A stretch of DNA of 64,000 nt, from the NCBI GenBank assembly GCA_021208605.1, contig JAJOJK010000005.1:10214-74213 (forward strand). Direction: 5' to 3'. This DNA comes from Candidatus Woesebacteria bacterium. GTDB taxonomy: Bacteria; Patescibacteriota; Microgenomatia; UBA1400; UBA1396. This document shows, one piece after another, positions 44,113 to 54,570 of this stretch. Every line of letters starts with the position of its first letter. The stretch's first letter is position 1. The notes below the pieces were generated by a model. That model did not search any database and was not told the origin of the DNA. It worked only from the letters and a program-made list of their open reading frames with translations. Made by a program: the position numbers and the translations under genes.

Positions 44113-45225
44113 CTACCGACTCCGGTGCAAGACATACTGCACTATGTGTAACAGCATTTCGCGCAATTCGTTTTTGTGCACAGTGTTCAGACCCTGCTCC
44201 GCGCGCACTAAATACTGCGCGGCCGTTTCACGCGTTCTCTCTTCCGCTCCCGTCCGGCGAATCAAGTCTTGCGCCCAAGCAACCTCAGCGGCAGAAATGG
44301 CTTCTTTGCGCAAAAGAGCCGCTAGATCAGCTTTCTCAGTCGCGCTCGCCTTCTCAGCGGCATACTGGACGAGCAGTGTTTTCTTGCCTTCCCGCAGATC
44401 ATTCCCGACTGGTTTGCCAGTTTCTTGCGGATCACCAAACAAGCCAATCAGATCATCAGTAATCTGGAACAGGACTCCGGCATTCCGACCGTACTCTGTG
44501 AATGGCCCTTTGAGTTCAGCATATTTTTCGCCCAATGTAGCGCCTAACAGCAACGGTGAAACAAACGTGTACTCTCCCGTTACCAAGCGCAAGCCCTCCA
44601 GGAATGTATCTTCACGGGCGTCTTCCAAGGTAATGAAATTTTGGTCGAGTAAGGTATACCAGCCCGTGGCAGTCATGTCGTAGGTGAGGTGTAGAAAAAT
44701 GTGGCTAACCTGCTGTCTTTGTTCGGCACTCACTTCGAGGTTCATCATGATGTCTGACACCATAGCGTGCAGCCAAATACCAGCTACTTCGGTATACGAG
44801 CGCGCGACGTGGTTGACCTGCTCCTCGGACAAATCTGCGTACTGCGGAAACTCGCGCAGTTTTTGCGCAATAAAGATGTGCATAGCTGGACCACCGTGGC
44901 GGAGTTCGTCTTGATCTGCCACGTCATCGGCCATGAGAATGCGTTTGTGATTGAGTTCCACAGCCATCATAAGCTGGCGGACAGCGGGTTGCTGCACAGC
45001 CGCATCAAAAGAAATGTCCTGACTCATCGCAGCACCAACGGCCACCAACAGAGGCCTGAGCGCTTTCGCACCCGGCCGATTCACGTACTCTTCTAGCCAA
45101 GAAACGACGCGCTCTGCCCAGGGATCAGGAATGTCAGCAATTTGGGGATGATACGCAACAAAATACGACGCAATATCTTGAGCACTGAGCTCTTGTACAC
45201 GGTGCAGCGTCGCTTTGAGGTCCAT
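44113..45225 (-). CDS. Polyprenyl diphosphate synthase (trans-isoprenyl diphosphate synthase family)
   Basis: First DDxxD motif (MADDVADQDELRHGGP) and second motif (FQITDDLIGLFGD). Confidence 0.8.
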   Translation of the reverse strand: MDLKATLHRVQELSAQDIASYFVAYHPQIADIPDPWAERVVSWLEEYVNRPGAKALRPLLVAVGAAMSQDISFDAAVQQPAVRQLMMAVELNHKRILMADDVADQDELRHGGPAMHIFIAQKLREFPQYADLSEEQVNHVARSYTEVAGIWLHAMVSDIMMNLEVSAEQRQQVSHIFLHLTYDMTATGWYTLLDQNFITLEDAREDTFLEGLRLVTGEYTFVSPLLLGATLGEKYAELKGPFTEYGRNAGVLFQITDDLIGLFGDPQETGKPVGNDLREGKKTLLVQYAAEKASATEKADLAALLRKEAISAAEVAWAQDLIRRTGAEERTRETAAQYLVRAEQGLNTVHKNELREMLLHIVQYVLHRSR

Positions 45226-45236
45226 GAACCTCGCTT

Positions 45237-46022
45237 CTACTCTTCGACAATTACTTTTGCGCCTGATGTCGGGTTGCCGAATAAGCTGTGGGCTGAGCCA
45301 CCACGCAGGAAGATCTCCATGAAGGGATCGTCATGTCCGGAACTCCCAACGGAGTAGGCCAGTTCGCCTTCATCCACGGAGAAGCTACCACCAGTGACTA
45401 AAGCAGCGCGGCGGATGCCGTTAATCTTGATGTGCACTTTTTCGCCTTCGTTGAAACCGCGTTGCGACTTGCGAATGCTGGTCTTGATGTTGCCAAAACC
45501 GTCAATCCACATGGCAATGCCTTCTGGCATGTCAGGCAAAGTGGTGGGGTCAACTTCTTCGAGCAAACGTTCTTCGTGTTTTTCGTGCAAAATATCGGAC
45601 ACGGCTTTCGGGAAGAAATCACGCGAGCGGAACTGAGAACCTTCGTTTTCTACTTGAATAATGTGCAGTTTTTCAATGAATGGTTTGACTAAAGAAAGCG
45701 TGTAAGCTGAGTTCACGGCCACAATTTCGATACCATTTTTCAGTTTGGCGTAGACGAGTTTTTCACCAGCGTTATTTTGCATGGCCGCTTTTTGCTCTTT
45801 GCGAGGCGCCGTGTTGACGTACATCACAGTTCCTGGAGGATTTTGTCCCAGAGCAAATTGATACACCATGAAGCCAGTAGCGACAGTGTCAAAAGAAGGA
45901 ATCGAGGTAGGAATAATGTGGAGATCGAGATCCCAGTTCTGCGTGTACAAACGCTCCAGGATTTCTCCGAATTCTTGTGAGGCGGGTTGGTAGTCACAAA
46001 TGACATGGAGTAAACGCTTCAT
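45237..46022 (-). CDS. S-adenosyl-L-methionine hydroxide adenosyltransferase family (DUF62/SalL-like)
   Basis: ...MWIDGFGNIKTSI... with the characteristic two-domain pattern. Confidence 0.65.
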   Translation of the reverse strand: MKRLLHVICDYQPASQEFGEILERLYTQNWDLDLHIIPTSIPSFDTVATGFMVYQFALGQNPPGTVMYVNTAPRKEQKAAMQNNAGEKLVYAKLKNGIEIVAVNSAYTLSLVKPFIEKLHIIQVENEGSQFRSRDFFPKAVSDILHEKHEERLLEEVDPTTLPDMPEGIAMWIDGFGNIKTSIRKSQRGFNEGEKVHIKINGIRRAALVTGGSFSVDEGELAYSVGSSGHDDPFMEIFLRGGSAHSLFGNPTSGAKVIVEE

Positions 46023-46078
46023 AACTCGGATAGTATACCAGTTTTTCTTATTTTCGCCTGCTACAATACGTGAGTCCT

Positions 46079-47182
46079 ATGCAACGAATTGATTTGTCAT
46101 CGACACCACTGATGGGCGCGGTCGAACGAGCCGTAGCCGCGCTCGAACAGGGCCAGTTAGTGATCTACCCTACCGAAACATCGTACGGCATTGCCGCCGA
46201 TGCAACTCGTCTTGAAGCAATCGAGCGCCTACGCGCCTACAAAGGCAATCGCCAAAACAAGCCCTTCTCCATTGTTATGGCGGACCAAACCATGGCCGAG
46301 TCATTCGTCACGCTGACCGACACCGCTCGCCGTCTCTACACCGAACACTTGCCTGGTCCGCTCACTGTGATTTCTGACTCCCTCCCCGAAACCGTTGCTC
46401 CTGGCGTGGCCAATGCCGACGGAAGTATTGGAGTACGTATCCCAGACTACCCGGTCATCTTGGAAGTGGTAAAACAGTTTGGTCGCCCAGTAACCGCAAC
46501 CTCAGCCAACCCTTCCGATGGCAAGCAGCCCTACAGCATTGACGAGCTCCTCGCTGAGCTGACCGACGAACAAAAAAACCTGGTGGCCATTATTCTCGAT
46601 GCTGGGGTTCTCCCGCCGACGCTTCCCACCACTATTGTTGATGCCCGCGGCGAAACGCCACTTGTTTTGCGCCAAGGTGGCATTCAATTTTCCACTACGG
46701 AACTCCACCACACTTTCTCTGCAAAGGAAACTCAGGACCTTGGCGTACAAATCAGCACGAAACTCAAAAGTTTCTGGGGGCGCTCACCAATTATTTTTGC
46801 CCTCACTGGCGAAATGGGGAGCGGGAAAACTCACTTTACCAAAGGCATCGCGGCCGGCTTACGCATTCCCGACCTCATCAAATCGCCATCTTATGCTTTC
46901 GTCCACGAATACACATTCACAGCGCAGCGTGAGGCACTTCCCTTTTTGCATGTCGATGCCTGGCGGTTGGAGAATCCTGACGAACTGGATTCTCTGGGAC
47001 TTGCCCGAGCCTTGTCCCAATCAGGCATCGTTGCCATCGAGTGGGCGGCTCTAGAGACCGAGTTCTTCCAACGCTGGAAACTGAAGGCCGTCTGCGTCCA
47101 TGTCGATTTTTCTTCCTCTGCCGAAAACGAGCGCACCCTCCGCATCACCACTTCGTATCCGGAAAGTGAGGCCGTGGCATGA
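46079..47182 (+). CDS. Fusion of L-threonylcarbamoyladenylate synthase TsaC/YrdC with the TsaE P-loop ATPase
   Basis: N-terminal half reads LVIYPTETSYGIAADA...KGNRQNKPFSIVMAD (YrdC). C-terminal half reads IIFALTGEMGSGKTHFTKGIAAGL...PSYAFVHEY (TsaE/YjeE). ATG 46079 preferred over GTG 46070; TACAAT sits just upstream. Confidence 0.75.
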   Translation: MQRIDLSSTPLMGAVERAVAALEQGQLVIYPTETSYGIAADATRLEAIERLRAYKGNRQNKPFSIVMADQTMAESFVTLTDTARRLYTEHLPGPLTVISDSLPETVAPGVANADGSIGVRIPDYPVILEVVKQFGRPVTATSANPSDGKQPYSIDELLAELTDEQKNLVAIILDAGVLPPTLPTTIVDARGETPLVLRQGGIQFSTTELHHTFSAKETQDLGVQISTKLKSFWGRSPIIFALTGEMGSGKTHFTKGIAAGLRIPDLIKSPSYAFVHEYTFTAQREALPFLHVDAWRLENPDELDSLGLARALSQSGIVAIEWAALETEFFQRWKLKAVCVHVDFSSSAENERTLRITTSYPESEAVA

Positions 47183-48245
47183 TTTTCCTTGGTATCGATA
47201 CTTCTTGCGACGACACCTCCATTGCCGTTTTGCGTGATCGTCAAGTTTTGGCCAACATCATTTCGTCTCAGGATGACACGCACAAAGAATACGGCGGCGT
47301 CGTTCCCATCTTAGCGAAACGAGAACACGAGAAAAACTTCCCCATTGTTTTGGACAACGCTCTCCACACCGCTGGTGTTACCCCTGCCGAAATAGACCAT
47401 ATTGCGGTAACCATTGGTCCGGGACTCGCCCCATCACTCGAGGTAGGCGTTGAGCAAGCTCAACGTCTGGCCGCAGAATGGAAGAAGCCACTCGAACCAA
47501 TTCACCACATGGAAGGCCATTTGCTCTCAGCCCTGGCTACCGACAATACCGGTAACGGCGGTCCCGATCCAGACACGGTCACGTTTCCTGCTCTCGGTAT
47601 TCTTGCCTCTGGCGGACACACCGAAATGGTTCTCATTCGCGCTTGGGGCAAATACGAAATCATCGGTGAAACCGTGGACGACGCTCTCGGAGAGGCCTAT
47701 GACAAAGTTGCGCGCATGCTCGGCCTTGGCTTTCCGGGTGGCGGCAAACTGGCTGGCTTAGCCGAACAGGGCAATCCGAACCAATACGATCTCCCTATCG
47801 CTATGCGCCAGTCTGGGGACTACAACGTCAGCTACTCCGGCATTAAAACGGCAACCCTGCGCCTGGTCCGTGAGCTCACGAACAACGGCCAAAAAGAACT
47901 TACCCCCGTGGAAATGCAAGATGTTGCCGCGAGCTTCCAACGCGCTGCTCTGCAAACACTCTTACAAAAGGTAAAAAAGTTCTCGCCTCCGAGCCAGTAA
48001 AACACGTCTTTCTGGGAGGGGGAGTTGCGGCAAACCAAGTCCTGCGGGCAGAGTTACAAATACTTCTGCAAGATCACCAGGCCGAACTGTTCTGGCCGTA
48101 CTCGCTGCGCCTTTGTCAGGATAACGGCGCCATGATCGCTCTGGCCGCGTACTTCCATAAGTACTACGGCTACCAGCTCGACTTCGAAAAAATTGACCGC
48201 CGGCCACAATGGCGACTCGACGCGTTCTCGCAAACCCTCAAGTAA
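47179..48245 (+). pseudogene. tsaD: tRNA N6-adenosine threonylcarbamoyltransferase TsaD, split by a frameshift at the A6 run near 47970-47975
   Basis: ORF 47179-48000 reads MIFLGIDTSCDDTSIAVL...HHMEGHLLSA.... The conserved C-terminus KHVFLGGGVAANQVLRAEL... continues in another frame to the TAA at 48243-48245. A7 instead of A6 restores ...QKVKKVLASEPVKHVFLGGGVAAN. The ATG overlaps the TsaC-TsaE stop (ATGA). Confidence 0.8.
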
Positions 48246-48255
48246 AGTGAAAAAA

Positions 48256-49359
48256 TTATAAATTGTTTTGACGTACAAACTGCTGCAACTGCTGCCAGGT
48301 TGGATCAACTGGTTCGTACACCCATTGACCGTACTTCTCGGTAGGCGGATGCACAAATAAGGTGGCGCTGTCAGTAGCGACTGACGACGCCGTTACGGGC
48401 AACTCCACAGAAGCAAACTCCGGAATCTGCTGCGTTTTCCACAAATATCCGGCTAGAACTCCTCCGTCGTAGAGCGACACCACATCTTGGTAGCGATCCG
48501 CGTACCAGCGGTAGAGACGACCAGCGGTATACGGATTGGCAATAAAGTGGGGATCGGTCATTTTGGCAAACAGCGCTGATAACACTTGGCGCTGGCGGCG
48601 AGTACGGGCCTCGTCAGTGCCCTCTTCAGGATCGGCGCTTTTGCGAGTACGAATGTACTTGAGCGCCGTTTCCCCATCCATAGTTTGCTCACCAGCCTCA
48701 AAGGTAATCGTTTCATAGAGTACTGCCGGATCAGTCTCCACCGAAACATCGACCCCACTGCGCGGGAACCGATCGTCCGTAAATGTGTGCGGCACATCTA
48801 CTGTCACCCCACCCACCAGATCAATGAGGTCTTGCACATCTTCTAGTGAAACGACCACAACTCCATCAAAGTCTACACCCGTCATCTCCGTGAGCACTTG
48901 GGACGTGAACTTCTCGGGAGCAGCGGGATTGCGTTCTGTGCCGTAAAAATAGAGCGCATTTACTTTGGTGGCATACTCTGGGTGGTACACATCGCGGGGA
49001 ATGCTGAGCGTAGAAACGGTGTTCTCTGCCGGTTGGTAGGTAATCATCATGAGCGTGTCGGTCAAAATAGCGGACCGTCCACTGCCCGCCACCTCATCTA
49101 TACCCAGAAGCAAGAGGCGAAATGGCTCTGTCTCTTCCTGACGTATCGTCTGCCACCAACCAGTTCCCGCTTCCGCGGCGATGGTGAGTGGTGATCGACC
49201 CGCTGTCTCAAGAAACGCATCATGGAGTACTACAGATCGCTGTACAATCCATCCCGTCAGAAAGGCCAATAAAAAAAGCAAGACACTAGTCCCAATAAAA
49301 ACAGAAACCAATGTACCTTGTACCACCGATGCTACTATGCGCCGAAACCAGTGTGTCAT
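48256..49359 (-). CDS. LCP family protein (LytR-CpsA-Psr; cell-wall glycopolymer ligase)
   Basis: N-terminal TM, then ...LLLGIDEVAGSGRSAILTDTLMMITY...LSIPRDVY..., the LCP core. Confidence 0.8.
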   Translation of the reverse strand: MTHWFRRIVASVVQGTLVSVFIGTSVLLFLLAFLTGWIVQRSVVLHDAFLETAGRSPLTIAAEAGTGWWQTIRQEETEPFRLLLLGIDEVAGSGRSAILTDTLMMITYQPAENTVSTLSIPRDVYHPEYATKVNALYFYGTERNPAAPEKFTSQVLTEMTGVDFDGVVVVSLEDVQDLIDLVGGVTVDVPHTFTDDRFPRSGVDVSVETDPAVLYETITFEAGEQTMDGETALKYIRTRKSADPEEGTDEARTRRQRQVLSALFAKMTDPHFIANPYTAGRLYRWYADRYQDVVSLYDGGVLAGYLWKTQQIPEFASVELPVTASSVATDSATLFVHPPTEKYGQWVYEPVDPTWQQLQQFVRQNNL

Positions 49360-49362
49360 ACG

Positions 49363-50397
49363 TTATTTTCCAATTGCGACGCGGAAACGGAGCCATTTCC
49401 AGCGCAGACTATCACCTAGTGTGAAGAGACTATAGATCGGTGAATTGATAACCAAATCATGTGTCGGGAGAGACTGGACAAGCTCGACGTCATACCCTTC
49501 CTTGAATTTGTGGAAACCATACCATTTGTGATTGCTATCGGGATTTGGTCCGAGTGATCCCCACATATCAAATGAAGTACACCCTTCGCGTTTGGCGAGC
49601 TTAAGCGCTTCCCACATCATCAAATTATTCGCCATGACTTCACGATGCTCACGAGAACTGGCGCCATAGGGATAGTACCCTACGCCGTTGAAAAGAAACA
49701 GAATCCAAGCACTTAGGGTTTTGCCTTCGTATGTCGCCTTGAGAATGCGGAGCATACCGCTTTCGCAAAGCACTTTCCACATAGTGCGGAAATAATCAGA
49801 TCCATGGGCATAAAAACCCTGACGAGCCGTTGTCTCTTCCAAGAGGCGAATGTACTCTTCCAAACCAGCTTGTGTGGTGTCTTCGACTACTTCCACGCCT
49901 TTTCGTTCGGCGAGACGAATATTGTAGCGAGTTTTACTCTTGAAACCGGCCAACATCGTTTCTTCGTCGGCGCTGAGATCTTTGACAAACGTGTAACGAG
50001 TAAACAATGAACGGCCAGGTTGAGCGCTGTTATTGCTCAGCATTTCTTCCAAATCAGCAAACGGCTGTTCTGCTTCCACGGGAGCCTGCACATTGGGTTC
50101 CAGTTTTATAAACACGCATCCCTGACGACGACCAACTTCCGACAGTGCGTGCAGCATTTCTGGGGTAGGTCGAGGACCCTTTGGCATGTAACCAGCGGTA
50201 CCACCTAAGACTGGAATCTTGTGGAACGTCACTGACAAAGCCTGTTCCAAAGCACCGTTATCACCAAAAATTCCCAGGCGTTCTAAAGATTGCCCAGTAG
50301 CTTGGCGAAACTCACCCCACTCCCACGACTGCAGCGGGTGCGCAGCCACGGCATTAAAGCGTTCTTTTTCTTCCAAGGTGATAGGACGGATAATCAT
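49363..50397 (-). CDS. FemAB-family peptidyltransferase (peptidoglycan branch aminoacyltransferase)
   Basis: 344 aa with Fem-type GNAT duplication and coiled-coil pattern. ATG start at 50397; the track's 50418 start is a TTG. Confidence 0.65.
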   Translation of the reverse strand: MIIRPITLEEKERFNAVAAHPLQSWEWGEFRQATGQSLERLGIFGDNGALEQALSVTFHKIPVLGGTAGYMPKGPRPTPEMLHALSEVGRRQGCVFIKLEPNVQAPVEAEQPFADLEEMLSNNSAQPGRSLFTRYTFVKDLSADEETMLAGFKSKTRYNIRLAERKGVEVVEDTTQAGLEEYIRLLEETTARQGFYAHGSDYFRTMWKVLCESGMLRILKATYEGKTLSAWILFLFNGVGYYPYGASSREHREVMANNLMMWEALKLAKREGCTSFDMWGSLGPNPDSNHKWYGFHKFKEGYDVELVQSLPTHDLVINSPIYSLFTLGDSLRWKWLRFRVAIGK

Positions 50398-50450
50398 AAG
50401 CTGTACGTATGGTAGCAAACTTCTCGGGAAGGAGAAAGGAGACTCTGTTT

Positions 50451-51221
50451 CTATCCTGTATTAGAAGGCTGAGGCATGGTAAGGCTATTTTTTTTAAACT
50501 CGTCGATGAGAGATTGTCTTTGCTCTGTTTCAGATGGTAAATGATATATGCTTGCTGACGGAACAGCACTTTCAAGAAAATGCAATGCCAAAACGCCTCT
50601 ATCCCAGGTCTCTTCTGTTTCGAAATGGTGGAGTTCTCCGGCTAAATAGTGTTTCACGACATCACTGAAGAGAAGTCTGGCAAAGCCAGGATTTTCTCGC
50701 GGTCCACCTTTAAATCCTTGATCATAGTAGTAAAACGAATCTTCAGCAAGACCAGTAGCCCAGTCAATGCCTTCAAGCTGTGGTTCTAATGTTTGGGGCT
50801 GAATTTCGCCACTTCTATAAAACGCCATATTGGGAAAATCTGTACTCAAAAGTTCTAAAGTTCGTGCAATCAAATGATTTACTCCGAGAAAGTCTGGTAA
50901 ACGAGATCTACCACTCAAAAAATTATCTGCTGCTTGCAGGGCAAGACCATCTGAAAGTTCACTTAACTCACGAAATGCTTGAACAGTACCCAGTCCTACT
51001 CCTAGAACAGGTGGACGATCTTCATCTTGACGCCATGTCCTCAGAATCCAGCCAGGATTCCTCAAGGCTTTTGCCATGTAGATACATAAAAAAGCCTCTT
51101 GCACTTCCAAAGATGAAAAGCTGGATGCTGTTTTTATATCTGACAGACGCAATTCTCGTACTTGTAATACTGATTGTTCACTCTCATGACCAAATCGTGA
51201 TAATAAATCCCCGATACGCAT
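50451..51221 (-). CDS. Hypothetical protein, possibly kinase/phosphotransferase-fold (APH-like C-lobe motif IDWATGLAEDSFYYYD)
   Basis: 256 aa with no clear N-lobe motifs. Low confidence on function. Confidence 0.35.
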   Translation of the reverse strand: MRIGDLLSRFGHESEQSVLQVRELRLSDIKTASSFSSLEVQEAFLCIYMAKALRNPGWILRTWRQDEDRPPVLGVGLGTVQAFRELSELSDGLALQAADNFLSGRSRLPDFLGVNHLIARTLELLSTDFPNMAFYRSGEIQPQTLEPQLEGIDWATGLAEDSFYYYDQGFKGGPRENPGFARLLFSDVVKHYLAGELHHFETEETWDRGVLALHFLESAVPSASIYHLPSETEQRQSLIDEFKKNSLTMPQPSNTG

Positions 51222-51265
51222 GCACTCAGTTTATAGGGCGAAACATAACAATACAATTAAGAAAA

Positions 51266-53191
51266 CTACCGTCCCAACCACTCATCAATATCCATGCTGC
51301 CGTCGAGAATAGCGTCGAGCATGGGATCGTCGAGTGGGGTCTCGGAATGAGAGTTCTCGGAGCGCAAGCGTGCATTCTGCCCAAACGGGGAAGCTCCATC
51401 TTCAAACGCATGCGCCGGAATCTCGCGCAAGAAACGAGCCGGCATCTGTTGGGAGTAATTTCCATACAGCAGTCTTCGCTGGGCGTAGGACAACACCAAT
51501 CGGCTCTTCGCGCGGGTAATGCCGACGTAACACAAGCGGCGCTCTTCTTCCATCTGCTCGCGATCTTGCAAAGACCGACTGTGCGGGAACAAGCCCTCTT
51601 CGAGTCCCACCAAAAAGACATACGGAAACTCGAGCCCCTTCGCGGCGTGCAACGACATGAGCGTTACCGCTGGCCCCTCGCCCATGCTGGAGCGCTCTTC
51701 TCGCTCGCCACCGACCAAAGCTACCTGCTCTAAAAAGAGTGGCAACTCCGGGAACTGGGCCGCTACCGAATGCAACTCTTGAATATTTTCAATACGAGTC
51801 AGATCGGTAGGATCTTTTTCGTCGAGCTTGTCCATGTAGTTGCTGGATTTCAGGATGCCCTCGAGCAAATCTTGCGTGGTGCCGGTCACTTCGCCGGTTT
51901 CGAGATTGCGCACGGTGTCGCGCCACTCGGTAAAATTGGCGTAGCGGCGCTTGCCGAGCTTGAGGACCCGGTTTTCGCTAATCACATCGTTCGGCTGGTA
52001 AACCAGTTGCAAGTACGCCAGAATATCTTTGATTTCTTTGCGCGAGTAGAAGGCCACGCCACCCACAAGTTTGTAGGGAATTCCCTTTCGCAGCAATGCT
52101 TCTTCAAACTCACGACTCTGGGCGTTGGTACGATACAAAATAGCCACGTCACTCAGCTCATCGGGGTGTTCGCGGGCGATGATATTGGCGACTAAGTGCG
52201 CTTCTTCGGTACCATCGTTGGCCTGTAAAACACGCAGTTTGTGCGTGTCGACACTATCGGTCCATAACTCCAAAACCGGGTGCATAGTGTTGTTACGAAT
52301 CACATTTGAAGCCGCTTCCAAAATGCTCGGCGTGGAGCGATAGTTACGCTCCAGGCGGTATTCTTCCACATTGGCAAAGTCTTGGCGGAGTTTCAGTAAG
52401 TTGCGGTAATCTGCACCTCGCCACCCATAAATAGCCTGACTGGCGTCACCGACCACATAAAGGTTGTTTTGCGGAAACGCAATCAGCTTGGTGAGCACAT
52501 ACTGGGCGTGGTTGGTATCCTGGTACTCATCAATTAAAACGTGCTTCCACTGCTGCTGATACTGTTTACGAATGTGCTCGTTTTTGCGAAACAACTCCAC
52601 AACTTTGCTGAGCATGTTGTCAAAATCAACGGCTCCCGCCTCGATCAGTTTTTTCTCGTAGATACGATACACGCGCGCTACCGTAGTCTGAAACGGTCCG
52701 CGAGCAAACTGCTCGTACTCTTCGGGAGTGATGAGTTGCTGCTTCGACTCAGAAATGCTCTTCACCAGCGCTCGGGGGTGATACTTTTTGGAATCAAGAT
52801 TCAGTTCTTTGGCAATGAGTTTAATGAGAGACAGCTGATCATCACTGTCATAAATAACGTAACTTTGCGATAGACCGACCAGCTCCGCATGGCGTCGCAG
52901 CAAGCGCGCGCACAAACGGTGGAACGTGCCGGCATAGGGCAAACTGTAGCCCGTCAGCACACGCACGCGCTCTTCCATCTCTTTGGCGGCTTTGTTGGTA
53001 AAAGTCAGTAAGACAATTTCTTCTGGCTGGATGTTTTTTTGGTCAATCAGGTACGCCACTCGTGTGGTTAAGACGCGTGTTTTCCCAGAACCGGCCCCGG
53101 CCAACACCATTGCCGGACCATCGCCGTGCAAAACTGCTTGGCGTTGTTCCTCGTTGAGTACACTCAAGTACGTTGGCTCTGATTGGGACAT
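51266..53191 (-). CDS. pcrA: ATP-dependent DNA helicase PcrA/UvrD
   Basis: LNEEQRQAVLHGDGPAMVLAGAGSGKTRVLTTRVAYLI (motifs Q and I), with downstream UvrD motifs through VI. Start at ATG 53191; the longer TTG start at 53236 is less likely. Confidence 0.85.
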   Translation of the reverse strand: MSQSEPTYLSVLNEEQRQAVLHGDGPAMVLAGAGSGKTRVLTTRVAYLIDQKNIQPEEIVLLTFTNKAAKEMEERVRVLTGYSLPYAGTFHRLCARLLRRHAELVGLSQSYVIYDSDDQLSLIKLIAKELNLDSKKYHPRALVKSISESKQQLITPEEYEQFARGPFQTTVARVYRIYEKKLIEAGAVDFDNMLSKVVELFRKNEHIRKQYQQQWKHVLIDEYQDTNHAQYVLTKLIAFPQNNLYVVGDASQAIYGWRGADYRNLLKLRQDFANVEEYRLERNYRSTPSILEAASNVIRNNTMHPVLELWTDSVDTHKLRVLQANDGTEEAHLVANIIAREHPDELSDVAILYRTNAQSREFEEALLRKGIPYKLVGGVAFYSRKEIKDILAYLQLVYQPNDVISENRVLKLGKRRYANFTEWRDTVRNLETGEVTGTTQDLLEGILKSSNYMDKLDEKDPTDLTRIENIQELHSVAAQFPELPLFLEQVALVGGEREERSSMGEGPAVTLMSLHAAKGLEFPYVFLVGLEEGLFPHSRSLQDREQMEEERRLCYVGITRAKSRLVLSYAQRRLLYGNYSQQMPARFLREIPAHAFEDGASPFGQNARLRSENSHSETPLDDPMLDAILDGSMDIDEWLGR

Positions 53192-53259
53192 AGATTCACA
53201 CCCTAGCAAAAAAAACGCACAAACGAAAGACAGCAATTGTGCTGCCAGACGTTTTTTCT

Positions 53260-54435
53260 TTATTCTACAAAGGTAATTGCGGTGCCCACTTTGCCGGCAC
53301 GACCAGTGCGACCAATGCGGTGCACGTAGTCAGCGTAGGACTGTGGTTCGTCATAGTTAATCACGTGGGAAACGTCATCAATATCGATACCGCGAGCAGC
53401 CACATCAGTAGCGAGTAAAGCTTGGACGTGTCCATCTTTAAACGTACGCAGGGCCCGTTGGCGAGCACCTTGGCTTTTGTTTCCGTGGATAGCGATAACT
53501 TTGAATCCGCGTTCTTTGAGCTTGCGTTCCAGCTTGTTGATACCATGCTTGGTGCGACCAAAAATGATCGCTTTTTCAACATCCCCTTGAATGAGAATGT
53601 CGTGCAGCATCTCGACTTTGTCCTGGCCAATTTTGACCGGCAACGCTTTCTGCTCCACATGGTGACTGGTCTCAGCCTGCTTGACGCTGATCTTGACTGG
53701 CTTATCCATCAGCTTGCGCATGATTTCGTCGGTAGCCGAGTCACTCGTAGCACTGAAAAATGCTGCATGACGTTTGCGTGGCAACTTAGAAATCAAAAAC
53801 AAAATGTCCTGACGGAAACCAATGTCGAGCATGCGGTCAACTTCATCGAGCACAATATTGGTAAACATTTCTGGATCAAAGTGACGGCGCTTGAGTAAGT
53901 CGATCAAGCGACCTGGTGTGGCAATCACAAAATGTGGGTTTTGCGCCAGCTGTTTGATTTGGCGATCCATACTGGTTCCGCCAATACAGACAGAAACACC
54001 AATCGGTAAATCTTTGGCAAACTCCACAAACTCATCACGAATTTGCAGTGCGAGTTCACGAGTTGGTGCCAAAATCAGTACGCCTTGATCAGAATCTTGC
54101 AACACTTTGTCGATAAACGGCAACAGAAACGCGGCTGTTTTACCGGTTCCGGTGTTGGCAATACCGACCACATCTTTCCCAGCGAGCAATTCTGGAATAG
54201 CCTGATCCTGAATAGGAGTCGGCTCTTCGTAGCCACGCTGAGCAATATTTTTTTGCAGACGGTCATCGAGCGCAAAATCAGTAAACTGATGTTCAATTTT
54301 CACCTCTGGTAATTCAGCCACAACGGCTTGCGCCGAGTTGGTATAGCGCTTTAAACGGCCCTCACGGCCAGTAGTATTTTTTTTGGAGCTCGAACGACGA
54401 CCAAAGCGGCGTCTCCCTCCACGAGAATAAGACAT
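53260..54435 (-). CDS. DEAD-box ATP-dependent RNA helicase with an Arg/Gly-rich N-terminus
   Basis: Q motif, GTGKTAAF, DEVD, SAT and HRIGRTGRAG motifs. N-terminus reads MSYSRGGRRRFGRRSSSKK. RBS AAAGGAA. Confidence 0.85.
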   Translation of the reverse strand: MSYSRGGRRRFGRRSSSKKNTTGREGRLKRYTNSAQAVVAELPEVKIEHQFTDFALDDRLQKNIAQRGYEEPTPIQDQAIPELLAGKDVVGIANTGTGKTAAFLLPFIDKVLQDSDQGVLILAPTRELALQIRDEFVEFAKDLPIGVSVCIGGTSMDRQIKQLAQNPHFVIATPGRLIDLLKRRHFDPEMFTNIVLDEVDRMLDIGFRQDILFLISKLPRKRHAAFFSATSDSATDEIMRKLMDKPVKISVKQAETSHHVEQKALPVKIGQDKVEMLHDILIQGDVEKAIIFGRTKHGINKLERKLKERGFKVIAIHGNKSQGARQRALRTFKDGHVQALLATDVAARGIDIDDVSHVINYDEPQSYADYVHRIGRTGRAGKVGTAITFVE

Positions 54436-54570
54436 ATTTCCTTTTCTTTTGTACTCACGGAGAGAATCGCATCGCTTGCCACCTGGCAAACTTCAAACCG
54501 AACAGAACGTATAGTATACCATACAAACGCCTTTTTCCGCTGAGAAGATGATGTTGTATGATGCATACAT

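Noticed and set aside
44088-44683. Plus-strand ORFs (124 and 179 aa) opposite the polyprenyl synthase gene
   Set aside because: Antisense to a gene with both DDxxD motifs intact; low-complexity Ser/Arg/Ala translations.
50780-51733. 317-aa plus-strand ORF spanning the 50451-51221 gene and the pcrA 3' end
   Set aside because: Crosses a convergent gene boundary antisense to both genes; no homology features.
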